Origin: Bdellovibrionales bacterium
GTDB lineage: Bacteria > Bdellovibrionota > Bdellovibrionia > Bdellovibrionales > JAUICD01
Direction of reading: 5' to 3'
DNA: 64,000 nucleotides
Assembly (NCBI GenBank): GCA_965262715.1
Contig: OZ253553.1
Location: 128,001-192,000 of the forward strand
The translations under genes were made by a program, and so were the position numbers. Within the stretch, counting starts at the first letter, position 1. Every line of letters begins with the position of its first letter. Shown here piece by piece: positions 10,912 through 22,871 of the stretch. Below the pieces are notes generated by a model. It searched no databases, had not been told where the DNA came from, and was given only the letters and a program-made list of their open reading frames with translations.

Positions 10912-11925
10912 ATGAACCTAAAGAACCACCCCGTACAGATTCACGATATTCAAGAAGCACTGGGGGTTTTAAAAGGTCATATCCATAAAACTGATCTTAC
11001 CTTATCTCAACATATCTCACATCTCGCAGGATGTCCTATTTATCTTAAACATGAAAACGCCCAGCGTACAGGCAGCTTTAAAATTCGAGGAGCTTTAAAC
11101 AAACTCTCTACCCTTTCTGAAAAAGAGAAAAGTAAGGGTATTATAGCAAGCTCTGCAGGGAATCATGCTCAAGGCGTAGCTTGGGCTGCCAACATTTTCT
11201 CTATACCTTCTCATATTGTAATGCCTCAAACGACTGCTTTAGTTAAAATAAATGCCACAAAAGGCTATGGTGCCAACGTAATTTTAGAGGGACAAATATA
11301 TGATGAAGCTTATACTCATGCTCAGAGTTTAGTCCAACAAAAGGGTTATTTATTTGTACACCCTTATGAAGACCCTTTAATTATAGCTGGTCAAGGAACT
11401 GTAGGCCTAGAGATTGTGGAATGTTTAGAAGATGTATCTTCTGTTATTGTTCCAGTTGGTGGTGGAGGTTTAGCATCTGGTATAGCTGTTGCTATAAAAT
11501 CTCTTAAGCCTAAGTGTCGTGTGATTGGAGTACAAATGGTTTCTGCTCCTTCAATGACAGAAACCTTTCAAAAAAAACAAATTCAAGTGATTCATCCATG
11601 CTCTAGCTCACTAGCTGATGGGGTTAGCGTCAAAACACCTAGTGAAATCGTCTATAAAAACTACCTTTCTCGCTTATTAGATGATATAGTAACTGTTAAT
11701 GAAGATGAAGTCACCCAAGCTCTCTTATTCCTATTAGAAAGGAATAAGACTCTTGTAGAAGGGTCTGGCGCTTTAACTGTCGCTGCTGTTATTTATAGAA
11801 ACTTATCATTGAAAGGTAAAACAGTTGCTATTTTAAGTGGTGGTAATATTGACTTGAGCTTACTGGCTAAGTTAATTCAATTTCAACCAATTTCTCTCAA
11901 GCTTTCTAAACCTCCCTTAAAATAA
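10912..11925 (+). CDS. ilvA: Threonine ammonia-lyase (PLP-dependent), short form without ACT domain
   Basis: KHENAQRTGSFKIRGA, SAGNHAQG, VGGGGL, SGGNID. Confidence 0.88.
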   Translation: MNLKNHPVQIHDIQEALGVLKGHIHKTDLTLSQHISHLAGCPIYLKHENAQRTGSFKIRGALNKLSTLSEKEKSKGIIASSAGNHAQGVAWAANIFSIPSHIVMPQTTALVKINATKGYGANVILEGQIYDEAYTHAQSLVQQKGYLFVHPYEDPLIIAGQGTVGLEIVECLEDVSSVIVPVGGGGLASGIAVAIKSLKPKCRVIGVQMVSAPSMTETFQKKQIQVIHPCSSSLADGVSVKTPSEIVYKNYLSRLLDDIVTVNEDEVTQALLFLLERNKTLVEGSGALTVAAVIYRNLSLKGKTVAILSGGNIDLSLLAKLIQFQPISLKLSKPPLK

Positions 11926-12100
11926 ACTTTTCTTATAATCTTTAAATTACTTATTGTTTCTAAATGAGTCACTATTAAATGTTAACTTTTTATATATCTT
12001 AAAATTTTTTAAGATTATTCATAAACTTAATGTAAGTTTAGTCAATTTTTGTTATAATCATATTAATAGTTCTTTCATGATATAACTTTGAGGCAAACAA

Positions 12101-12400
12101 ATGATTACAAGACTACACTTCAATGGAGGGTATTACAAAGTCACTCAATTAATAGAACCAAATATTATAGAAATTGAGGGTATTTGGTTTATAAAACTAG
12201 AAGGAGTTGATGAAGAAACAACAAAAGAAGAATTACTCCCAGAATGTTTAAAAATAGGCAATACAATCAAAGTTATTCCTTACCGTCGCACAGAAAATGC
12301 TCTCATTGTTTGTGATGTTTGGTTAGACGACATCCACATCAATAAAAAATTTTCTAATTATGTAGGAACAAAAGATCTCTTCAGAAGACAGGTCGGATAA
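12101..12400 (+). CDS. Small hypothetical protein, possibly degenerate SNase-like fold
   Basis: 99-aa ORF preceded by gagg; pattern KV..IEPNIIE...IKLEGVD...VWLDD..IN. Confidence 0.55.
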   Translation: MITRLHFNGGYYKVTQLIEPNIIEIEGIWFIKLEGVDEETTKEELLPECLKIGNTIKVIPYRRTENALIVCDVWLDDIHINKKFSNYVGTKDLFRRQVG

Positions 12401-12712
12401 ATATTGTTTCCTTTTCAAGGCATTATTACATAAATATTAAAATATAAGTTTAAATAGCAAGAACAACTCTTACAGAGGTTTGCAACTTATCTGAGAAAGT
12501 GCTTATTTATAATAAATCCGGTATTTTTTAAGATAGGAAAAAATGTTATCTCTTATATGTTTATTTTCCTAACATTTGTCGAAATATCTAACAGTTGTTT
12601 TAGCAAATCAAACCCCTGAACATATCTTATAATCTGTTTCACTTTGATTCCCAAGCTTAGGCCTTAAATTTGCTACTTATAATAATATAAGGAAAGTATA
12701 AGGAGAAAAAGT

Positions 12713-13054
12713 TTGCAGACCAGAGCTTTATATAAAGCAATCCCTTTTATCCTTTGTTGTTTTCTATTATTCACAAACTGCAAAAGAGGCAATCTCAGTT
12801 CATCTCCGGGCGAAAGGACTCAATCAAGCAAACAGGAAGAACAAGTACCTTTCAATCAAGATCCTAATAATAAGAGTCATCAATTTTCTATCACACAACT
12901 TGCTTATGAAAATACAAAGGTAGACATTGTAATAGTAATGGATTCTTCACCTTCAATGGAAGATGATTTTATAGCATTAAGTCATCACTTTGACAGTTTA
13001 TTTAACCAAACTCTTGCATCTATAGATTGGCAGATGGCTTTTTTAGCTTCAGAT
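12713..13054 (+). pseudogene. 5' fragment of a VWA-domain lipoprotein truncated by an IS5/IS903-type element
   Basis: LFTNC signal, KVDIVIVMDSSPSM MIDAS motif; ORF runs into the IS TIR at 13055. Confidence 0.8.
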
Positions 13055-14376
13055 GGCCTTGTTGCACAAAGATTTAAATAGTTTTTATTTTATTTATTTT
13101 TTAAGTAAGATTGTCATTTAATATTTTTTTATCAAGCTGAAAGAGAAGAAGGCACAATCATCTGATTAAGGATTTTACATTTAATAAACACTTCATTTGC
13201 TTGACGATGAAATTCTCTAGAAGATAATTTATCACCTAATAAAGTTTTAAATCTATACATAGCTGTTTCTGATATAGACCTCCTGTGATATTTATGTTTT
13301 TTTTTCCACTTCTTTCTACCCATCTTCTTGATTTCTCTAATATAAGTATCTCTAAGAAGCGGCGATCCCCGACAATTTCCATGCCTCTTAATCACAGCAT
13401 TCTTTCTAGGTGGAGCAACCAATTTTATACTTCTATCACTTGTAAACTGATAACAATTCTTACAGTCATAAGCCCCATCAACTGAAACTTGGCCTATCTC
13501 ATCTTCATATCCTGTCAATAACTCTTCAAAAACCTCATTATCCTTTACAGAATTATCACTTAAAACAGATGCCTTAATCTGGGAATTTGACTCATCTACC
13601 GCTAAATGTAGCTTCTTCCATGTCCTTCTCTTAGAATACCCATGCTGACGGACTTTCCACTCTCCCTCCCCATAAACTTTAAGACCTGTGGAATCAATGA
13701 CAATATGAGGATTCTTGTGAGAAGATAGCTTTCTTTCTAGTTTTACTGATAACTTCTGTAATCTTCTGCAAAGAGTTGTATAATTAGGTATTTCTATATC
13801 AAGACCCATAAGTTCAACTAGGGATTTAGCAAAACCTTCTGTAGATCGCAATTTTAAACCAAATATGAATCTTAATATATTAAGAGTTTCAATAGCTTTA
13901 TCAGAGTAAACTTGTTGACCCCCTTGCTTTGAAGAACATTTTGCATACCAAGATTTGACGATATCTGCTGAAAACCAAAAAGTGATTTGACCTCTATTGA
14001 CTAGAGACTTATTATAAAGACTCCAGTTTATTTTTTTATTTTTACCCATCTCTAGCTCCTTCTGATTTAGTGATTGTGAAAGTTGGGGATGGGTAAATTT
14101 TATAATCATTAAAAACAAAAAATCAAAGTAATAGATATATCAAACTCAGGAAAGATCTTATTGCATAAAAATTTAAGAATGAGATTTGTGAAAGACTTCT
14201 GAAATAGGACTAGGCTAGCGGCTTAGGGTAAATATCTCTTAAACTATTTTATTCTATAATAAAATCTTAAAATAATAGCAATACAAGGCGCGGGGGTTGC
14301 CTAGAGCCTATGGAAGATGCCTGACTTAATTCTCTAATCTTTTATATACTTCCTTAAATCTTTGTGCAACAAAGCC
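13055..14376 (-). mobile_element. IS5-family (IS903 group) insertion sequence, 1,322 bp
   Basis: 23-bp TIRs ggcYttgttgcacaaagatttaa (one mismatch), resembling the IS903 end GGCTTTGTTG; no flanking target duplication seen. Confidence 0.9.
13132..14049 (-). CDS. IS5/IS903-group transposase
   Basis: NWSLYNKSLVNRG, IDSTGLKVYGEGEW, RRTWKKLHL, DGAYD, YHRRSISETAMYRFK; ATG at 14049 preferred over 14118. Confidence 0.93.
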   Translation of the reverse strand: MGKNKKINWSLYNKSLVNRGQITFWFSADIVKSWYAKCSSKQGGQQVYSDKAIETLNILRFIFGLKLRSTEGFAKSLVELMGLDIEIPNYTTLCRRLQKLSVKLERKLSSHKNPHIVIDSTGLKVYGEGEWKVRQHGYSKRRTWKKLHLAVDESNSQIKASVLSDNSVKDNEVFEELLTGYEDEIGQVSVDGAYDCKNCYQFTSDRSIKLVAPPRKNAVIKRHGNCRGSPLLRDTYIREIKKMGRKKWKKKHKYHRRSISETAMYRFKTLLGDKLSSREFHRQANEVFIKCKILNQMIVPSSLSA

Positions 14377-14377
14377 A

Positions 14378-14473
14378 TTTGGCTCTCAAAACAATAAGAT
14401 TATTTTTGATAATCCCCCAGAAAAAGGTACAAAAGTTGATGTTTCCTACAATTACCTAGATTCTAAATCTTAA
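14378..14473 (+). pseudogene. Orphan C-terminal fragment, probably of the VWA lipoprotein
   Basis: Open frame right after the IS: FGSQNNKIIFDNPPEKGTKVDVSYNYLDSKS*. Confidence 0.55.
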
Positions 14474-14556
14474 ATACTTCAACAATTTAACACTTACTGC
14501 TTGATTTTAATTTTTGTATATAAGTTGCAGTGTTTTTTAAGGTGATTCTATGAAAC

Positions 14557-16419
14557 TTAGGAATCTTTTATTACAGCTTTTATTGGTAACGTAATAATAA
14601 ATGTTGTACCTTTATTTTCCTTTGATTGTACAGTGATATCTCCACCATGTTTTCGAATAATATTGTAAGAAATACTCAAGCCCAATCCTGTTCCTTTACC
14701 TATTTCCTTTGTAGTGAAGAATGGATCAAAAATATAAGCAATTTTATCTTCATCAATACCCTTACCATCATCTCTAATTTCGATTTTTATATTAAGCTCT
14801 GTTTTTCTAACTGCAATCCATATATTGCCCTTATCCTCAATCGCCCCAGCAGCATTGGAGATAATGTTCATAAATACTTGATTGACCTGACCTGCATGAC
14901 ATTGAATTATTGGAATATCTTTTAAATCAAGGTGAACTTGAATGCGTGTCTTAATCTCGCCTGACAGAATATCCAGCGTGCTTTTTATATTTTCCTCTAC
15001 ATTATAATCTTGTAAACTACTACTATCTAAACGAGAAAAAGTACGCAACCCTGATACAATATCCATAAGTCTTTGTGATCCATCTTGGCACGACTTGATC
15101 AATTTTGGCAGGTCTTTAATAATGTAGTCATAATCTATATCCTGTTTAAACTCTGTAGCTTTCTCTGGAGACTTTTGCAGGACGTCCGCCAAAGCAATAA
15201 GGTTTTTAGAATATGTCTCTAAATGAGTCATGTTAGCATAAATAAAGCTAATAGGATTATTAAGCTCATGAGCCACCCCCGCTACTAATTGGCCTAAGCT
15301 AACCATTTTAGCAGAATGCACAAGTTGAGACTGCGTCTCTTGTAGTTCCTTATTAGTGAATTCTAATTCATGAATAGACTCTGCAATACGCAACGACATA
15401 TTATTGAATGTTTCAATGAGTTTGTTTATCTCCCTAGGACCACGAACAGTAGAAATTTGAGTTCCTAGTTTACCTACCTCAATTTCCCCAGTAGCAGTTA
15501 CAAGATTAGAAATAGGCCGAACAATGATACGACTGACCAAAATCCATATTACAATTAAAAAAAGAATAATAACTCCAAGACCTGTTAAAAGAGCCTTTGA
15601 TATCTTATTAATCATTGTATATTGATTGTCAGTTCTTACAGTTGTTACTCCTAAGTGTATGCGATCCCTTTCGGAATCAATAGATTCAACATGCAAGTTA
15701 TAAGGACGTATATGATCAGTAAAACTTTTAGATTTTGGATTAAAAAACCACCTATCTTGCAATAAAAGATCTTTATATGTAGCAATAACTGGTTTGTATT
15801 CATCATCTAGAACGACAATGTCAACATTGAGCATTTCTTTAAAATAATCTAAATCATGTTGATTAATATATCTCACTTCTTGAATAAACCCTTTTATTTT
15901 ATCTTCCACCAATATTTTAGAGTAAGCTATTAGTTCTATGCGATTTTTATATATATCACGAAAGGAAATATATTCCCTCGTTTGAAGCTCATTTTGAAGG
16001 TTTGATGGCAAATAAAGAACTTCTCTTTTTTGAATATTTTTATTAGCGTCTCTAAAAAGGATCAACTCAGAAGTTCCTTTAGCATCAAATAAAGATATTT
16101 GAGAGATGGGATAAACAGCCATCCAAGTTTTAAATAAGCTTTCAATTTGATTGGTAGAATTCGATGATAAGGCAGAAATAAGCTGAGGATCTTTAGCATG
16201 TTGCTGTGTATACAGTCTCAATTGATTTTCTGATATGTTAAAGGAAATAGCAACTTCTTTAAAATGAGACTCTAATCGCCTACGCTGCTCTTCATTAAAA
16301 ATAACTTGAAATTCAACAAGACTATAAGTAATCAATAAAAGCGGTATGATAGAGAATATCAAAAACCATAACGATAATATATAAAGTAAGCTTTTGCCTT
16401 TTTTTCTCTTATTTGTCAT
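14557..16419 (-). CDS. Membrane sensor histidine kinase (HAMP, HisKA, HATPase; NtrB-like)
   Basis: Two TM segments, GVAHELNNP H-box, NIISNA, DDGKGI, FDPFFTTK, GTGLGLS. Confidence 0.93.
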   Translation of the reverse strand: MTNKRKKGKSLLYILSLWFLIFSIIPLLLITYSLVEFQVIFNEEQRRRLESHFKEVAISFNISENQLRLYTQQHAKDPQLISALSSNSTNQIESLFKTWMAVYPISQISLFDAKGTSELILFRDANKNIQKREVLYLPSNLQNELQTREYISFRDIYKNRIELIAYSKILVEDKIKGFIQEVRYINQHDLDYFKEMLNVDIVVLDDEYKPVIATYKDLLLQDRWFFNPKSKSFTDHIRPYNLHVESIDSERDRIHLGVTTVRTDNQYTMINKISKALLTGLGVIILFLIVIWILVSRIIVRPISNLVTATGEIEVGKLGTQISTVRGPREINKLIETFNNMSLRIAESIHELEFTNKELQETQSQLVHSAKMVSLGQLVAGVAHELNNPISFIYANMTHLETYSKNLIALADVLQKSPEKATEFKQDIDYDYIIKDLPKLIKSCQDGSQRLMDIVSGLRTFSRLDSSSLQDYNVEENIKSTLDILSGEIKTRIQVHLDLKDIPIIQCHAGQVNQVFMNIISNAAGAIEDKGNIWIAVRKTELNIKIEIRDDGKGIDEDKIAYIFDPFFTTKEIGKGTGLGLSISYNIIRKHGGDITVQSKENKGTTFIITLPIKAVIKDS

Positions 16420-16480
16420 AAATGAATAAACTTTTTTGTCTTGTGATTAAAGATTACTTTTTCGTATATTCTTTAGAGCA

Positions 16481-16921
16481 TTATTTTTTGATGATACCTG
16501 TGGTATTTTCTATTTGTTGCTTTACATCTCTTGAAGATTTTATAGAGTCTATAGTCCAAAGAATGTCTTGAGGCACTTTTTTAAAGATATTAAAAAAGAA
16601 CCCAACAAAGAATAAAACTCCAATAAAGGCAACCCCTATTACGAGAGTTGTCCATTTATATATTTTAAATAAATTAATCATTTTATCTAAAATAGATTCT
16701 TCTAATGGTATAGTTTTTAAGAAATCTGGAGGCATTTGAATTTGAGACATTGTTTGACTATAGTTTAGACCTTGCTTAAGAGATTGAAATTCTGTTTCTA
16801 ATTCAGGATACTCTTTAATGCTAGTCTCTACTGCTTTTGTTCTAGAAGCATCCAAATCTCCAACAACAAAATCATAGAGCATCTCACGACAAAGAAACTC
16901 ACTGAGCTGACGCTGTTTCAT
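16481..16921 (-). CDS. Single-TM protein, anti-sigma-factor-like
   Basis: N-terminal CREMLYDFVVGDLD pattern, one TM helix, overlaps upstream sigma-like gene. Confidence 0.5.
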   Translation of the reverse strand: MKQRQLSEFLCREMLYDFVVGDLDASRTKAVETSIKEYPELETEFQSLKQGLNYSQTMSQIQMPPDFLKTIPLEESILDKMINLFKIYKWTTLVIGVAFIGVLFFVGFFFNIFKKVPQDILWTIDSIKSSRDVKQQIENTTGIIKK

Positions 16922-17450
16922 AGCTATTTGTTACTCCTATAAATTGAACTCCAGAAGGAGACATATTACCAAGACATCTTAAACCATATCCTAATCTGTA
17001 TTTAACGGTTCCTATGGATATTTTCATAGCTTTTGCAATATCTTCATCTTTAAACAAAAGAATTTTAGATAGAATAACAACAAGCACCACTTCATCTTCT
17101 GTTTCTCTTAGAAAATCACACCATGGTTCCAAATCAAAGGAAGGTGTAAAACTTACTTTATGAGCATCTCTTAAAGTCTGTTTATTTTTGTTTTTTGAAA
17201 AGCTATATTTTTGATATTTCTTCCAAATTTGCAAACAAGATGGAATCAATAAAGATATAACTTCTTGTCTTCTTTGTTGTTCTTGCATTTCTGAATAGAT
17301 AGGCTGACTTTGTATTGAGCTATTGGGAAGCTGAGTTGATAATTGCTTTTGTCTTTTCAAAACTTTACGTGTTGCCTTTAATGCTATTTTCTCTTCTAAA
17401 AATATATAATAAAAAAATAAAAATATGGATTTTATATAAGGCTCAAACAT
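16899..17450 (-). CDS. Protein with sigma-70 region 4-like HTH (degenerate ECF sigma-like)
   Basis: EDIAKAMKISIGTVKYRL motif. Confidence 0.55.
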   Translation of the reverse strand: MFEPYIKSIFLFFYYIFLEEKIALKATRKVLKRQKQLSTQLPNSSIQSQPIYSEMQEQQRRQEVISLLIPSCLQIWKKYQKYSFSKNKNKQTLRDAHKVSFTPSFDLEPWCDFLRETEDEVVLVVILSKILLFKDEDIAKAMKISIGTVKYRLGYGLRCLGNMSPSGVQFIGVTNSYETASAQ

Positions 17451-17466
17451 CCTACACCCTTAAAAG

Positions 17467-18534
<1,068 letters not shown>

Positions 18535-18733
18535 TTACTTTACAGTTATTCATATTAGAACTTCTTTTAACTTATATAGCTAGCATATTATGGTAATTAA
18601 GCTGAACCTTCAACCTATTTCTTTAACTTCAAAATCGCTGCTAAATTATGCATTTTTCACTCCATACTTCTTTTTGATTTTACTTTTTTATCATTTTGTT
18701 CAATATAATGTATAATGTCAAAATCCATGCTCT

Positions 18734-19045
18734 CTATGAAATAGCACTAAATAGAACTACATAATTTTTGAGAATATTTTTATGAAAAGATTGTGGAAGC
18801 CTAGCCCAATCAAAAATTTGAATTAAAATGGGGATATTGGACTCTTTAACAAGTTCTTCAAAGTCATTTATCTCTTTTATATCAATAGGACTCAAATCTT
18901 TTGCTCGTAAAACTAAATCTAAATCACTTGTTTCATGAGCTGTCCCATCCACGCGACTGCCATAAGCCCATATCTCTATTGGTGTTTTAAAAGCTTGAGC
19001 AGCAAGTTTTAATAATTGTTCTCTATCTCTTTCTCTAAGAATCAT
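18734..19045 (-). CDS. Minimal nucleotidyltransferase (MNT) domain protein
   Basis: YGSRVDG...SDLDL motif, 103 aa, overlaps partner gene. Confidence 0.88.
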   Translation of the reverse strand: MILRERDREQLLKLAAQAFKTPIEIWAYGSRVDGTAHETSDLDLVLRAKDLSPIDIKEINDFEELVKESNIPILIQIFDWARLPQSFHKNILKNYVVLFSAIS

Positions 19046-19457
19046 TGAAAGACTCTATAATTTGAACTAATTTTTTAGCTTCTAAAATAAATTGAGGCAT
19101 TAGCGGTAATGTTTTTTCTGCTAATCCAGCTCCATAATCATGACTTGTCGAGTTGCGATTGTCTCTATATTCCAACCAACATTGAACTTCATCAACTGTG
19201 AGCAAACCATGATGTCCAGCATGTCTAAAAATATCTTTAAAAGTCAAATGATCAACTGCTCTGGATGAATGAAAGTAAGGCTTTAATCTCTTTTTAAGAA
19301 GTCTGCCCAATTGTTCAAGAATAATTTCAAATTCTTTTATCGTAGCTGAGCGGTATAGATCATAATCTAAACTATCTTTCTCTACTTGTTGCAATTGTCT
19401 GAAAGCCTTCTCTAAGGTCTGAATACATCTATTTACAAAAGCTGTGTCTATTTTCAT
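19035..19457 (-). CDS. Nucleotidyltransferase substrate-binding / HEPN protein (HI0074 type)
   Basis: IKEFEIILE, KDIFR, RNSTSHDY (R-x4-H HEPN motif). Confidence 0.88.
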   Translation of the reverse strand: MKIDTAFVNRCIQTLEKAFRQLQQVEKDSLDYDLYRSATIKEFEIILEQLGRLLKKRLKPYFHSSRAVDHLTFKDIFRHAGHHGLLTVDEVQCWLEYRDNRNSTSHDYGAGLAEKTLPLMPQFILEAKKLVQIIESFNDS

Positions 19458-19593
19458 TATATCTGCTTTTTAAATTATTTTTCTTAGTTCATAACTAGTT
19501 ATTAAGCTTTCTTTGTTCCAGAATTTAACTATTAAGCCAGCTGATATGCTAGTGGAATCACAAAATCTATACCAATCATTTGAATTTTTGCAT

Positions 19594-20010
19594 CTAAAAA
19601 ATTTCTGACCTATCAAAGAAAAAAGCAACTTCTCTGGCCGCGCTTTCCTTACTATCACTACCATGTATGGCATTTTCTCCTAAACTATCACCATATAGTT
19701 TTCTAATAGTACCTACTCCTGCCTCTTTTGGATTTGTTGCCCCCATAATTTCTCTTGCTTTTAAAACAGCATTCTTTCCAGATAAAACCATCAATAGAAC
19801 AGGGTGAGAAGATATAAAGCTGACAAGCTCTTCAAAAAAAGGACGTTCCCTATGCTCCCTATAAAATTCTCGACATTGCGCTTTTGTCAATAAAACTAAC
19901 TTTGCAGCTACAAGGTGTAAATGATTCTCCTCAAATTTTTGTATGATAGAACCAATCACATTTTTTTTCATAGCATTGGGCTTGATGATAGTAAAAGTCA
20001 ATTCCGACAT
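19594..20010 (-). CDS. ndk: Nucleoside-diphosphate kinase
   Basis: TFTIIKPNA, GATNP, NAIHGSDS. Confidence 0.96.
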   Translation of the reverse strand: MSELTFTIIKPNAMKKNVIGSIIQKFEENHLHLVAAKLVLLTKAQCREFYREHRERPFFEELVSFISSHPVLLMVLSGKNAVLKAREIMGATNPKEAGVGTIRKLYGDSLGENAIHGSDSKESAAREVAFFFDRSEIF

Positions 20011-20026
20011 ATTCTCCTCCTTATTT

Positions 20027-20902
20027 TTATTTATCTTTCAGTGCTTCTTGAAGTGTTCTACCTAAATCAGATGGGCTCTTTGAAATGTGACAACCAGCTT
20101 GTTCAAGAGCCTTGAACTTATCCTCCGCTCGACCTGATCCTGCACTGATAATAGCACCAGCATGTCCCATGCGTTTTCCAGGAGGAGCTGTTGAACCTGC
20201 AATAAATGCAACAACAGGCTTAGTCATCTCTTCTTGAATATACTCAGCTGCTTGCTCTTCCGCGTTTCCTCCAATCTCTCCAATCAATATCACTGCTTCT
20301 GTTTGATCATCTACCTGAAATAATTTTAAGACATCAATAAAGTTTGTGCCATTGATAGGATCACCTCCTATACCTACACAAGAGCTTTGGCCAAGTCCTA
20401 TGTTGGAAACCTGCCAAACAGCCTCATAAGTTAAAGTTCCTGAACGAGATAAAATACCAATAGAGCCAGGCTTATGAATATTCCCTGGCATGATACCTAT
20501 CTTACATTGTCCTGGTGTAATAACTCCAGGACAATTAGGCCCAATAAGTCGAGTTGATCGATCTTTCATAAAGTTCTTAACCTTTAGCATATCTAAAATA
20601 GGTATGCCCTCAGTGATACACACGACTAAATCCAGGTCACTATCTACAGCTTCCATAATGGCATCTGCGGCATAGGCTGGAGGAACATAAATCATAGAAG
20701 CATTTGCGCCCGTCTCAGATACAGCCTCTTGAACTGTATTGAAAACAGGTAATTCTAAGTGTTTTTGCCCTCCTTTACCAGGAGTGATACCACCTACTAA
20801 CTTTGTGCCATATTCAATAGCTTGTTGTGAGTGAAAAGTACCGTGAGAACCAGTAAACCCTTGGCACAAAACTTTTGTTTTCGAATCAATCAGTATAGCC
20901 AA
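20027..20902 (-). CDS. sucD: Succinyl-CoA ligase alpha subunit
   Basis: [30 protein letters not shown]. Confidence 0.97.
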   Translation of the reverse strand: MAILIDSKTKVLCQGFTGSHGTFHSQQAIEYGTKLVGGITPGKGGQKHLELPVFNTVQEAVSETGANASMIYVPPAYAADAIMEAVDSDLDLVVCITEGIPILDMLKVKNFMKDRSTRLIGPNCPGVITPGQCKIGIMPGNIHKPGSIGILSRSGTLTYEAVWQVSNIGLGQSSCVGIGGDPINGTNFIDVLKLFQVDDQTEAVILIGEIGGNAEEQAAEYIQEEMTKPVVAFIAGSTAPPGKRMGHAGAIISAGSGRAEDKFKALEQAGCHISKSPSDLGRTLQEALKDK

Positions 20903-20906
20903 CGCT

Positions 20907-22070
20907 TTACTCCTTTCCTTTTTCTATAGCCTTAATAATTTTGTCTGCTCCATCAGAAAGATCATTTGCAGGAATGATATCAAGGCCACTTGATTGAAGA
21001 AGCTGTTTACCTTTTTGCACATTTGTACCTTCTAGTCGTACAACTAATGGAACATGAAGTTTCAAGTCTTGAGTGGCTGCAATAATCCCTCCTGCAATGA
21101 TATCACACTTCATAATGCCTCCAAAAATATTGACGAATATCCCCTTTACCTTAGGGTCCTTTAAGATAATCTTAAAAGCTTGAGTGACACTCTCTCTACT
21201 TGCAGTACCTCCCACATCTAAAAAATTGGCAGGCTCACCTCCATGGAGTTTTATAATGTCCATAGTCGCCATGGCTAGTCCCGCTCCATTAACAAGACAA
21301 CCAATTTCTCCATCTAGCTTGATAAAAGCTAGCTTGTACTTACTGGCTTCTAACTCCATGGGGTCTTCTTCTGTCTCATCTTTTAATTGCAATATATCTG
21401 GATGGCGAAAAAGAGCATTATCATCAAAACTCATTTTAGCATCTAAAGCAATTAACTGACCATCTTGAGTGACCACAAGAGGGTTGATTTCTAAAAGGGT
21501 AGTATCAAAATGCATAAAAGCATCATACAGGCCTTTTAAAAGACGAGTGGTTGCACTAGTTGGAATGTGGAGCTTAAAAGCTAATTGCCTTGCCTGAAAA
21601 TCCATCAAGCCAGTGTTAATATCTATATAAATATTATGTATTTTTTCAGGGGTTTTAGCAGCCACCTCTTCAATATTCATACCTCCCTGATCGCTTGCTA
21701 TTACAGCTACTTGACCCTTTGCATGATTAACAACTAAACTTAGGTAATACTCTTTTTGAATTTGGCAACCTGATTCGATATAGACTTTTTCCACAAGTTT
21801 TCCTTGAGGCCCTGTTTGTAAGGTGACAAGATTCATTCCTATCATTTGTTGTGAGATGGTTTTTACTTCATCTAAAGAGCGAGCTAGTTTGACACCACCT
21901 CCTTTTCCTCTACCACCTGCATGTATTTGTGCTTTGACAACCCAGCTTATTCCATCTAAACGCTTTGCTACTGTGCAGGCTTCATCAAGAGTACGAGCAA
22001 TTCCCCCATCTAATATTGGCACTCCAAATTTCTTTAAGATTTCTTTGGCCTGGTACTCGTGAATATTCAT
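20907..22070 (-). CDS. sucC: Succinyl-CoA ligase beta subunit
   Basis: [41 protein letters not shown]. Confidence 0.97.
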   Translation of the reverse strand: MNIHEYQAKEILKKFGVPILDGGIARTLDEACTVAKRLDGISWVVKAQIHAGGRGKGGGVKLARSLDEVKTISQQMIGMNLVTLQTGPQGKLVEKVYIESGCQIQKEYYLSLVVNHAKGQVAVIASDQGGMNIEEVAAKTPEKIHNIYIDINTGLMDFQARQLAFKLHIPTSATTRLLKGLYDAFMHFDTTLLEINPLVVTQDGQLIALDAKMSFDDNALFRHPDILQLKDETEEDPMELEASKYKLAFIKLDGEIGCLVNGAGLAMATMDIIKLHGGEPANFLDVGGTASRESVTQAFKIILKDPKVKGIFVNIFGGIMKCDIIAGGIIAATQDLKLHVPLVVRLEGTNVQKGKQLLQSSGLDIIPANDLSDGADKIIKAIEKGKE

Positions 22071-22088
22071 CTTTACTCCTTTGTTTTA

Positions 22089-22236
22089 CTGTATCACTAA
22101 AAATGAACTGGCCTCTGGCCATTTTTGGATAGTCAGCCTGACGATTTACATCGTCAGAAAATGCTGACTATCTCAAAAACCTGTTCATTTTTAGTAGGGA
22201 GACTCCCCTCGTTTCTTTACAGAATGTTAAGGAAAT
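22089..22236 (+). repeat. Structured ~150-bp repeat, family SR copy A
   Basis: ctgtatcactaaaaatgaac...gttcatttttagtagggagac...gttaaggaaat with nested stems. Confidence 0.9.
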
Positions 22237-22300
22237 CGTCCTTTTGCTATGTCTCCTCTTTCTCCCTTACAAATCACTCCAAATCTTTTATGGCTAATAA

Positions 22301-22400
22301 AAAATTGATTTTTAAGCCAAAGACGAGATCTTCCGCAGATGAGATCGCTTTTTGGCGATCTTATCGAGGACTTCGAGGATTAGCTTAAAATATCAATTTT
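22301..22400. repeat. ~100-bp MITE-like hairpin, family HB copy 1
   Basis: aattgatttttaagc...gcttaaaatatcaatt terminal IR; homologs at 29865 and 36884. Confidence 0.85.
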
Positions 22401-22871
22401 CAGCTTAAGGAAAACTTCTATTTCCTTTACTATCCACTCTCCTCCTATGTTTTCAAATAATTAAGTTTAGGAAGTTATAAACCATTCCCTTAGCCAATTT
22501 ATGATAGTTTAAGAAGGTTATTTTGAATATTTTTTAATGACTGCGTTGTTAAAAAGATTACCCCTTACTCGATGAATTAGGTTAAGTCTATATGCCATTT
22601 AAAAGCAAGTAAAAGATATGACCTTTTATATTTTTTTATTCACGGATAAATAAGTAAAAATAAACCTTAAAACACCTACAAAGAGATACCTACTTTTGTC
22701 ATTAAAATGACAAAAATAGTCACTTTTAGCACTGCGTCAAATCCTCTCCCTTGCACTGTGATTGAAAAACGACTGTTTTGTGATATGGCATTTTTCTTGC
22801 AACTTGACTCATGTTTTAAGCTTGTATCTTTCAATAATTTTAATTTTTTTATAATGTAAAGGAGTTCTTTT

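Noticed and set aside
22125..22388. 87-aa ORF
   Set aside because: Lies entirely within SR and HB repeats; frame not conserved in other copies
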